From: Moniliella sp. 'wahieum'
Lineage: Eukaryota
Reading direction: 5' to 3'
DNA: 64,000 nt
Assembly (NCBI GenBank): GCA_003971905.1
Contig: RSEE01000140.1
Span: 62,001 to 126,000 of the forward strand
Made by a program: the position numbers and the translations under genes. The notes under the pieces were generated by a model that was not told the DNA's origin, made no database searches, and saw only the letters and a list, made by a program, of their open reading frames with translations. The first letter of the stretch is position 1. Every line of letters begins with the position of its first letter. This document shows, piece by piece, positions 53,622-64,000 of the stretch.

Positions 53622-55214
53622 TCAGTACCCCAGCCCAGAAACAACCTCCAACACGAAGACATTTCCACGCACCGTAATTTCCCACGCAACCAGCGTGACC
53701 AACAGCACAGCCACAAAAAGACTATCATGTAGCAGAACATGAACCAGTACAGTTCGCGGACATCCGCTTTCTGCCGTTCCTTCCGTTTATCCTCGTCCAC
53801 CATGGCCTTAATCGTAGCCTGAGAAGTGCCTTGTGCACTCACTGACGGGTCCAACGCCAGGGCCAACGCGGTGGCGCGGCGCTCCTCGCGCATCTGCTCG
53901 ACCGCCTTGCGTCGAGACAACGCGCCCGGTGGCGCACCCCCGGCGCCGTACCGCTGTTGACCCACCACCGTAGTAGGAGGACTGACAAAGGAAGGGTAGT
54001 GCGACTCGCACCACACTTCGATTCGCGACAGTTCAACCCCCCACTCGACAAAGTTCAAGTCGTCCGGGCGAAGGCGGGCATGGATTTTCCGAGCATAGTC
54101 GCGGAAGATGTAGGCCACGTCACGATTGTTCGTGGCCGAAAGAATGAGCTGAACGGCTTGGCCCTTGCGAATCTTGAGGTTGCGCTTAAACACTGCCGGG
54201 TTGTCAAACAACAAGTCCAGTGTCGCAATCGCCATCACTTGCGGGATTGCGGCAAAGTTGAACACACTTTGTTCGTGCAGCAACGTTAGGTAGTCCAACA
54301 CATATGTCACATGGCTCATTGCGTCCAGCAGCATCGTCGACAAGACGCCCATTGTCCGCTGGCCCAGTTCCCCTTCCACCGGGCGGTACTTGCCCGTTGC
54401 GTACTCCTCCACACCCTTCGCCACCTCAGTCTGCGACGTGAACGCGCACCCGGGGCGAGACCACGCCTCGGCGGGCCAGAAGAAACGGCCTTCGTCACAG
54501 TCCTCCGCATAGTCACGGATAATGTTGGTCTTTTGAAGGTAAAGACCCATGTGGTTGGACAACCCCATTTGCTGCCCCACCAATGGTGACTCCAGCCCTG
54601 AAGCCGAGAAAAGGCGGCTCAATCCTTCGCCAACAAGACCAGCGACAAAGTGACAGTACAGGTCATAGTCGGCCCATTTCTCCACCTTGAGTGTGCCCTT
54701 GGCACCGGCCAGCTCAATGTACGACGCCATCCCGCCGCCCATCTTGGCCGTCATGTCGGCAATCACCACCTGGTACTTCTCCTCCAGCAAGCCGAACTCG
54801 CCAATGACCTTGTCAAACTCGACCAGCAGTTGGCGGTCCTTTTCGTTCGGACCGGACTCGGTGAAGGTCCAGCCGGGCTGGTACAACTTCTTGTGGAAGG
54901 AGGTGAGGAGGGGAATCTTGACCTCGGGCGCGATGGTCATGTCGTCCTCGACAGTGTCGAGCCCGCGGAGAACGAGATAGTAGATGCAGATGACGCGCGC
55001 CAGCTCGCCCTTGAGTTCCTTGATGACGGCAGAAAAGGAGCGCGAGGTGAGATCGAGGAAGTGCCAGCATTCGCGCATCTGGTCGCGGTCCCAGCCGCTG
55101 GCTTCGGGGTTGGCGGTAATGTCGTTGAGGGGGTCATGCATGAGCTTGTACTGGAGCAGGAGCGCAGCTCCCGGGATGGGTGAAGAGCAGCGCGAGAAGC
55201 TGGGATGCGCCCAT
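53622..55214 (-). CDS. ERG9: Squalene synthase (farnesyl-diphosphate farnesyltransferase)
   Basis: TSRSFSAVI, YYLVLRGLDTVEDDM, YCHFVAGLVGEGL, MGLYLQKTNIIRDY, FAAIPQVMAIATL and KIRKG, with a C-terminal membrane anchor. The stop position is approximate because of indels. Confidence 0.97.
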
Positions 55215-55938
55215 GGCGAAGAAGATGCGCGGCGGATGCGATGGGGAGGAGGTGGGGGCGCGGCGGATGTTCTGAGAGCGGGGGGCGGCAGGGCACGGGT
55301 GAGCGCACGGGTGACGGGTCACCGCACAGGTGAGGCGCCCAAAGCCTGGCCCAACAACACCCCCCATGCGCGCCCCGCCCCGCTTAGCTAATGCGCCCTC
55401 TGCTCGTCTCATATTCCTGGGCCTTCAAACCCCCGCCGTTGTTGTGACACGTGAGGTCACGCCTCGGCCTGAGGCCTGCAGCCAAGCCAGACCCATTCTT
55501 CGTCGGCGCCCAGCTCGTGTCGTACGATTGCGCCCCCCCCCGAGATGTGGGGGAGGAGGATGCAGACGATGCAGTAGAACGGTGGTTGGCTGTTGCATGT
55601 TACCATCCCAGCTCACCGGTCGTCAGCACGGTCAGTACTCAGTAGATTCACCAAAATGTGCAGTCGTCGGAACACAGTGAGGATGCTCTCCGACGCCGTT
55701 CCGCCACCTCACCACCAGAACATGAGCACTTCTTTTGGCACACCCAAAGCTCTCGATTCCGCCTCTTTTCTCTTTCCTACCGCCCTTTCCCAAAGTTGTC
55801 TGCGCACGTTTCTGTCGTCCTTTCCTAGATGAGATCGATGGTGCCAACATCGTTTCGTTTACTGCTCTCAGTCTGTATCGAATCAGCCAGAAATATTGCA
55901 TGCAGTATTTTCCTGCTACTTTGCAGTAGTCCGATATA

Positions 55939-56045
55939 GGAGGCATAGCCTAGTGGTCTATGGCATCGTATTCAAGTCATTAAGCACTTCCGCTTAAGAG
56001 TGGATGGAACTGCGACATTCGTGGGTTCGAGTCCCACTGCCTTCA
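55939..56045 (+). tRNA. Intron-containing tRNA, anticodon CAA (nominally Leu), with a short variable loop
   Basis: Acceptor GGAGGCA/TGCCTTC plus A73, D arm GCC..GGC, anticodon stem TCGTA/TGCGA with TT-CAA-G (anticodon 55973-55975), inferred intron 55977-56009, T arm GTGGG-TTCGAGT-CCCAC, and a downstream T-run Pol III terminator. Confidence 0.88.
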
Positions 56046-57982
56046 CTTTTTTGCCTTTTTTTGCTCGCCAAGTATTTTTAGCCCTGTCGTTTTTGCAGCC
56101 ACTTCGTTCGTTCACGCATGAGCTGCATGAGCGTAATTGCCGGGGGCGAGGCTGGAATGCCACATTTTGGCCTCTCCGGAACTTCCAGAGGGACGAGCCG
56201 ACGATAAAGCACAGGTGTGCGGACCTATATGGTTGTGTAATGACCCGTACATCTCGCTCCCGGGGGCGAGGCCAAGAAACGCTGAAGCGGCATCACGCAT
56301 TGTGTGATGTGCGCGTGATGTTTTTCTGACGGGGTGCCCCCGACTCCATGGGGACCACCATTGACCACCATTTCCACTTGCTGCTCTCGTGAGTTCTTCT
56401 AGGGCATCAATAGCAGGTTGGAGACCGAGGCCGAAGCTGGGCGTTTCATGTTATCTGTGACATGGTCAGCATCAGGATGCATAAACGGCTGTGGTGTTTG
56501 ATCGATAATTATCAGCGCGGGGGCACACAGATAAAGATACACGTACGTCCGGAGTCACCGCCTCTTTAGGGGTTTATTTTCGCAGTGGCCACAAGGAGCT
56601 GTTTGGGGTATTTGGGTGCGCGGGCTCTGCTGCCTACGTGCACCGATGCTGAGGGGGTTAGGGGGGCTGGGCTGGGGTGGGCCAGGCCTGGTCGTTACGC
56701 GTTAGGGGCATGGGGCTACCGAACTTCTGCCCCGTCGCAAAACGCCGATGGCAACAGTCGTTGGACGAGTGACGTTTGACACACGTCTCTTTGACAACGA
56801 TCGGCGGCCCGTCTCGTTTTAATGTTGTGGTTTTGTCGGGAGTGGGACGGTGCCAAGTAACGTTCACAGCGTGGCTCAGCGGCTCAGTGGCTCAGCACTC
56901 AGATACTACTCAACGCTCAGGCATCAAGCACAACGCTGCTCGAGGTTCAACCGACCAATGCGCTCAGGCTGCCGAACATGATTGACGTCCGACGTACGTT
57001 GTGGGGGCTAAGAGCGTCTATAAAAACCTGCCTCTCTCAGCTTTCAAGAATCGGCGCGCATCCCTTCCCCACCCACTACCCGCTATACCTTTCCCAGCAG
57101 CCTACCGCCCTCACTGTCTCCCGCTACTCATCTATTGACCCCCCACGCGATGCACTCGACTTCCCGTTGCTCCCTGTTAACGTACGCCCATCGCCCTCTG
57201 CTTCGCTCTAGGCGCGGCATGTGCGGTTGAACAAGTACTAAAATCCCTCGTTCTGGCCAGATGGCTGCCCCACTGGCCTGCCACGGCTGCAGCTTCACCA
57301 ACTTGGCTTCAAACTGGAGCGGAAAATGTGGCAATGCATGCGGTGCGGTCCTTCACTACGACCAATAAGCCCTTGTGGCTTTGTACCGCATTCGTTGCAG
57401 TCGTCTTTGTGCGCGTATGGGTATTCCGCATGAGGCTCATTGACTCATCAACGCCCGCCTTGGTCAAGCTGCACCTGCCCCTGGTCGGGGACGTGCGGTT
57501 TGCCGGCCAGCGTAGGACGCCGTTTTGTGCTGTGCGCAACTGCCACCCCATGTCCCAAAAACCTCCCGATGTACTTTGGTTGGCTCTGAAGGTTCCACCA
57601 CTAATCGTACCTCGTTATGAGGGTCTGGAGTCATCGTAGTTCGCTTTGTTCCCCATCATATTTCCCATCAGTGGCAGAGGCAAACGGTCGGTAGCCTCAG
57701 ATCCGTGCAGGATACGGTCCATGGGAGTATGCAGAGATGAATTGCATGGCTTGAGCCCCTGCCTCGCCCATACAGAGCGGGCATGGACGGTATCAGCAAA
57801 ATGGAGCAGACAAAAGGGAGCTTGTACGAAGAGCAATGATGACGGCCGCCCAGGAGGCGAGGCGCAATAGAACAGAACGTTGCGCACCTAGGTTTACCGG
57901 CCCGATCCATTCGCCTTGGTCATACGAATACTGGGCGCGACCAAGGGTGTCATCGTCGCCGCAATTCGACCTGGGTTGGGAC

Positions 57983-60900
57983 TTACATGGCCCGGGTGGG
58001 TGCAGCGGAAGCAGGGGCGGAGCGATTGTGAGCCATGTGGGCCTTGATCAGATGTCCGGCCGCGAGGGCGGACATTAGCGATAGTTCTCCTGCCATCACC
58101 GCGGAGGCAATGATGGCGGCGAGCCGTTGAGCGTTGGCGCCTGGCGTGGAAGGGTGCGGCCCAGCAATGCCCAGCAGCTCGAGCATCGACCGCTGTGGGT
58201 CCAGCACCGTCCCCCCGCCACCGTTCCCACTTCGATGGAGGGCATGGAAACCGAGATGCGCAAGCCCTCGGGCGTGGCCTCCATCAAGGTCATGCAGTTG
58301 CTCGCTCGACGTTCTGCGCAGGATCTTGCCCCGTGGCAAGGTAGATGGCAGTAAGAATGTTGGCGGCATGGGCATTGAAGCCGCCAATGGAGCCGGCCAT
58401 GGCCGAGCCAATCAAGTTCTTCTTCAGGTTCAAATCCACCAAAGCGGCGACCGAGGTCTTGAGCACCGAGCTCACCACTTTGTTGGGTACCACCGCTTCG
58501 GCCACCACCGATTTGCCCCGACCTTCAATCCAATTGATCGCAGCGGGCTTCTTGTCGGTACAGTAGTTACCCGATAGAGCCAGAACCTTCATGGAGGGGA
58601 AGTGCTCGGCGGCCATCAATGTCAGCGCACGCTCAACCCCCTTGGAAATCATGTTCATGCCCATCGCATCCCCCGTCGAGGTAGCAAAGCGAATAAACAG
58701 GGTTCGACCCGCTAGCGCGGTGCGCAAACTGGTCAGTCGGGCAAAGCGGGAAGTCGAGTCAAAGGCAGCCTTGATCGTCGCCGCACCAGTGGTGGAATCG
58801 ATCCATCGCTTAGCCTGCGCCGCTTCGGCCGCAGTGGGGAAATCGACGGCGGGGCCGCGTCATGGCGTCTTGCGTCAAAACGGTTGTCACACCCCCACCC
58901 GCATTCAGCGCCTTGCACCCACGCGAAGTGGATGCAACCAGCGTACCTTCCGTCGTGGCCATCGGGATTGGCGTAAGTTGGCCGTCAATGGTGAGAGGAC
59001 CCGCAATGCCGAGCGGCAAAGGAAGGTAGCCCACAACATTCTCACAGCATGCACCCATGACTTGCGCATAGTTGTAGTTCTTAAATGGCAACTTGCCCGT
59101 CTCCAACGTTTTGGTCAAGCTGGCACGCGAAACAAGCGCGGCGGACACGAACAGCACGCTCGGGGTCTTGAAGTACCTTCTCCAACGCGTAAGCAGGAAT
59201 CTTTCCCCGCTGCGCAAGCAACACTACTTCCTCGTCCGCAAGATAGAGCACACCGGCGCCATTGTCATACACCTCCAACACTTCCTCGAACGAACGGATC
59301 TGCGAAGCGTCCACGCCCGCCGTGGGAGGTGTAGGATCTTCTGCCTCTGGCACAATCAGCGCAGGGGGAGGCGGCATAAATGCCACGTGGGAGCGGAGGG
59401 CGCGGAAGGTTGGCATTGGATGAGTCGGAACGGGTCGATTTGGCGATGCGGGACTCGGCTTCGTCCAAATGAGCGCCCAGCATCCGAGCAGCGGCAAAAG
59501 CAGCGGCACCCATAGCGTTACCTCGGGCAATAGCTGCGTTGCCTTGAGCAATGCCTCGGAGCAGGTAGGCGTTAAGAAAGATGCTCACTGCCATCGCGAT
59601 CGAGCCACTTGGAAATAAGAGGGTCACCAACAATTGAGGTCCATTCCGTCATCAGGCTGCCCAAGACCTCTAGCGACTGGTGGCGCGAAAGCAAGCCTGT
59701 CGATCCGCGCGAGCTGTTAGTCGAGAAGGAAGGATGAAACTGAATGAGTTGCCGAGGACGATGAGGCGGTCGACACCAATGTCATGGAGGGGAATTGCTG
59801 CTCATATGCCTGCGCCAATGTCTTGGCAAGTTCAGCTTTCTCGCCCGACACCTGGTTGGTGGGTAATCGATCACCGAAAGGAAAACCGGGTCATGGATCT
59901 GCAAGCGGGCGCCCGTGGGATGGGAACGAGCAAAGCGCTCGAGCGCTGGCGCAAGTGCCGGCGAGGAAGGGGTTAAGGACAAGTTGAACTGTGTCGCTGA
60001 CAGAAGTAGCTGGTACGGATCGTTCACGGAAGCGCTCGGGGACGTAAAGGTAGAGGCAACTTCGGACGTGGCAGCACGCAAGTAGCGAGTGCGAGAAGCC
60101 TGTGTTGTCAGGTACCAAGCAGGTTGAGGCTGTGTAGCGTGATGAAGGAAGCAATCAACAAGATTTTGAGCCGGCCGACTGGGTTATTTTTAGAGTTGGA
60201 GCCAACCAAGCGGTGCCAGAGCCCACGGACCCGACGGGACCGAGAATGCTGCCGGTGACGCAGCTGGGCCGACATCCCAGCCAAAGGGGGGCAGACATAG
60301 TTGAAGGAGTGATCGAGATGGAAGATACACGACTGCTTGCTGCGCTATCAGCACCCTGATTGTAGGGGTAACCGAGCCGGTCGTCGCGTAGCGCTTGCTA
60401 CGCCGCCGCTGGTCGGCGCGGCTTCCTTGTTAACGGCCGATGCGGCTGGGAGGGAAGCGTGGCGGCGCTTACGCAAGATCCGGATCCGCAGTACCTCGAC
60501 AATAACGGTCAGGATGCCAGTGTAAAACGTGTGGAGAAGAATGGCATCGAAAAACAGGATCAGTGCCGCGAGCTGGCAAAACTCATGCAGGCCACTAGGA
60601 GCAATGCATGAGCCCGCAAGCAGCAAGGCCAACTCGATCGCATAGTCCGAACGATTTCTTGGCCAACACTGTCATATGCACCCACCAACACGTCACGGGC
60701 AGCCAGTGGACGGGGAAGCTCCCATTCGAGATCGGGATTTTCGCGCAAGCGGGCAGTCAGGGCCCGAACAAAGGCATCCTCATTCGACTTGGGTATATCG
60801 GAGGAGGTTCCCATTGAGGCCGGCTTTCCCTCGCTAGCTCCTACCGAACGCGAAGGTGGCTTCAGAACATCAGAAGAACGTTGGGACCTTCGTGCAGGTG

Positions 60901-61934
60901 GGACGAAGGAGCGAAAGCGGGGTGAGTGAAGACAGCCTTGGTCAATTTATAGTGTTTGTCAAACCCGACAGTCACGACCAAAAATGGGAGAGCTCGCTCA
61001 GTGGGACTGGGTCGATGTGCACACCAAGGTAGTGGGCCGAGACGAGAGCAAAAATAAACGCACAAGTGCACGAAATCAAAACCGATGCACCTGAACAATA
61101 CCGAAACGTTAGCAGCTCGCCGACGAGGCGGAGACAGAGAAGAGGGCAACGTACCAAGCCAGAAGTGGAAGCCAAAGCGGCGCATCGATAGAAAAGATTG
61201 ACAAAGGTGCGTGCATAAAGATGTAACACAAAGCATGAGAAAGATATCGGCAGAATCGGCGGCTCGGATCAGGTGGCCAAAGCGAGCGAAGAGAGCGCGA
61301 GAAGCGTAAGCACCAAGCGAATCGAGTCAGCCTGGACTGTTACGGCGGATGAGCGAAGCTGCTGCAGGGGCGCCCTGCGCGTGTCCATGTAGTAGGGGAC
61401 ATTGCAGGGACAATACGCCAGGTGTCGAAGGGAAGTGATACGTTGGACGGGGTAGCGAGCTGCTGCAGAAGCTCCGTCTCTTGAGCAGAGTCGGCCGAGG
61501 CAAACGAGGGGTCCAAGCCACCACAGGGGGGCTACCCGGCAGGACATAGGGCGTAGACAGGGAAGGCACGGAAGGATGTTGGGCAGCGAACGACTGGGCG
61601 AGTTGAAGAAGGCTGGGTGCTGGAGCCTGCTGGGGCAGGGTGCCGATCGTGTCGACCCAGAAGACAGGACGCACCGCAGCGTCCGCAGCGGCGCTGGCGC
61701 CAGCACGTGACCAGCCAGAGGCCGAGTGTGTCCACACAGTGGGTGGCGCGAAGGAGGGGGCGGGCAGGCCGGCGGAGGCAGCCACGGCGTCGATCCAATG
61801 GGAGCGCGACAAGGCGAAGAGGAGGGAGAAGTAGCGAGTGTTGCGACGATGGCAACGACGACGATGCTCTCGATGGGCGTGCGGGTGGCCTGCCGGAGCA
61901 GGGCACGTGTCACACGCACCACAGGCGACAGCAT
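57983..61934 (-). CDS. HMG1: Class I HMG-CoA reductase with membrane/sterol-sensing domain
   Basis: N-terminal PIESIVV (HPIH-like), sterol-sensing domain [15 protein letters not shown] and [15 protein letters not shown]. Catalytic motifs [65 protein letters not shown] and [16 protein letters not shown]. Intron 61091-61154. Confidence 0.97.
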
Positions 61935-63207
61935 GAGAGACGAAGGCGCTCGAGGGGACGGTGGAGCGGAGGCGAGACCGCGACGAAGACGACGATGAAG
62001 ACGCAAACGAAGACGAAGGAGATGGGCGATGGAGGGGCCTGTGGGCTGCGTTGGAGCAGATGGGCAGCGGTAGCTAGCTAGTGCACCCTGCCTGCCGATC
62101 ACCAGGCCGCTCGGGGGCAGTGTAAGGCGGAGGGGCTGCAGTGCTGCGTCACGCGTCACATGTCACAGCAGCCTGCAGCCGGCGCTTCCGCTCCGGTGGC
62201 GCCGTGGCCGGTGGCAACCGGGCGCAGCCGGTGCACGCCAGCACATGCCACGTCTGCGCTCCGCCGCAGCAGAGCGGCGCCACGCGGCCGTGTCTGCGCG
62301 GCTCCCCCACCTCGCCTATGCTACCCCGCCGGTGCCTGCCGGACGCTCCACATGCTGCACCAGAGCAGCGCCACCCTTCAGCTAAACCACGCTATATAGA
62401 CTGCCATCCATGTCCAGGCCATGCCATGCTCCACCAGGCGACAATCCACCCGCAACACCGTCTCTTTCTCGCGGTGCGTCCCGCAGTGCTGCCGACGGCG
62501 AAATGATGCATCACGGGCTTTGAACCAACATCGCCTTGCTAGCCAACAGCTCCTCCGCGTCCGGTCCACGATCCGTCGTGACGCAGCAGTGCTCACCAAA
62601 AAGATAAGAATGAGGTCCTGACAGGCGAAATAGATGAGCCAGTGCATGCGACGCTTGTTGGGTAGGAGCTTTTCGGAACCTCCACTGCTACATCAGGCAC
62701 AACACTATCTACCGCATCCGTCCGTTACAGCCACGGTAAAAGAGCCAGAAGGAGCGTTGGGAGCAGGGACGGCTGGCTGCATCATCCAACTGGAGGATTC
62801 GGGAATGGGAGCAGCGAGCTGGTTCCCTCCGCCTCGTCCACAGGTGCCAGGCTACACAATCATACGCCACCTATGGAACGAAAGTTGAGCGAAGCAGGCT
62901 GAGGTGCCCATGCGGGGAAGCCAACCATGTGGAGGTTGTGACATGTGATTGAGCGCCAATGGCACATCACCGTGCGCGTAATCACCGAGCCAGCATGGTC
63001 CCGGAGGGACATCAATATTCACTAGGGTTGTTCCCGGGGCGCAATGAGATTTCCGCAGCGCCAGCACTGCCGCAGTTGCACTTTCGCAGTGTAGGCACTG
63101 CGCCCTGGTCTGTGACGCTGCCCCGCCGAACGGCCGCTGTGGCCGGGGGGTGGCAGCTGGCAGCGTCGGTGACGGCCTCGCCACCAAGCAGCACCTTCTC
63201 CAACATC

Positions 63208-64000
63208 ATGGCCTCGCGTGCGACTGTCAGTGTCCGCGCTGCTGACGGCAGTGCCAGCGGCGCAAGCTGCCGCTGCCGCCGTTCTCACCGCTCCGATCCG
63301 CTCCGACGTGGTGCAGATTACTTAACCCAGGTGGCCGAACAAGCGCCAACCCTACGCCGTTTCCACCAGGCTGGCCACCAGACCTCGGCCGAGTCGTGGG
63401 GACCGGCCGTGCTCTGGCCCGTATCCCTCGTGTGGGCGGCTCGGGCACCCACCGTGCTGGCCAGCTGCGTTCGGTAAACATGGCCCGTGCGGTCACATGT
63501 TTGCTCCCACCAAGGTGTGGCGCCGCTGGTGGGTGAGACGAACCAGAACCAGAAAGCGTGTTGCGACTGCTTCGGCTCTGGCTGCGACCGCCGTGCCGTC
63601 CCTCGTTCTCGCCCGCGGCCACCGCGTTGAGCAGGTTGCCGAGGTTCCCCTCGTTCCCCACCGAGGTCGAGTCCTACTCGAAGACCAAGGAGCGGTTGCC
63701 CTCCTCAAGGCGCTCAACGCCTACGACGATGTGCTCAAGGTGTCCAACTCGCGCAAGATCCGTGCTGGCCAGGGCAAGCTGCGCAACCGTCGTCACGTGC
63801 AGCGCCGCGGCCCCCTCGTTGTGTACAACGAGGACAAGGGCATCTACCGCGCTTTCCGCAACCTGCCCGGTGTGGAGCTCGTGTCGGTTCACCGCCTTAA
63901 CCTCCTCCAGCTCGCGCCCGGTGGTCACCTTGGCCGCTTTGTGATCTGGACCGAGGCTGCCTTCAAGCAGCTCGACTCGATCTTTGGCACCTACGATGCT
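63208..64000 (+). CDS. RPL4: 60S ribosomal protein L4 (5' part, runs off the end of the window)
   Basis: MASRATVSV.., AGHQTSAESWG, KIRAGQGKLRNRRHVQRRGPLVVYNED and LNLLQLAPGGHLGRFVIWTE. Confidence 0.96.

Noticed and set aside
55966..55982. Selenocysteine or opal-suppressor tRNA, reading TCA in TATTCAAG
   Set aside because: The stem register TCGTA/TGCGA places CAA, not TCA, at positions 34-36. The 7-bp acceptor stem, short D stem and lack of a long variable arm do not fit tRNA-Sec.

Overview
Gene-dense, GC-rich, intron-poor eukaryotic DNA from a basidiomycete fungus. An Ustilaginomycotina/smut-like lineage is my inference from the single-chain ATP-citrate lyase, short GT..AG introns with CTRAC branch points and the protein style. 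Almost every gene is broken by 1-nt indels, most simply explained as unpolished assembly error, so CDS coordinates are gene spans rebuilt across frameshifts and introns. Gene order: ACL, Sec7/PH ARF-GEF, RRB1, ADE5,7, all four core histones as two adjacent divergent pairs (H2B/H2A, H3/H4), an Erv26/Svp26-like gene, a zinc-finger gene, ARG2-like NAGS, SEC18, a GT90/CAP10-like gene, a CreA/Mig1-like factor, a micro-exon HEI10, an M16 metalloprotease, orphan ORFs, a double CRAL-TRIO protein, NOSIP, RIO2, ERG9, an intron-containing tRNA(CAA), HMG-CoA reductase and the 5' part of RPL4. The most notable observations are: (1) (TGATGCA)n arrays in both histone promoters, part of a wider 7-bp-phased TCA/TGA pattern in many intergenic regions; (2) a tRNA-Leu(CAA) predicted to lack the long variable arm; (3) an H3 with Trp at position 78, next to K79; (4) HMG1 and ERG9 adjacent to each other. 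No transposon, CRISPR array or rRNA was recognised.
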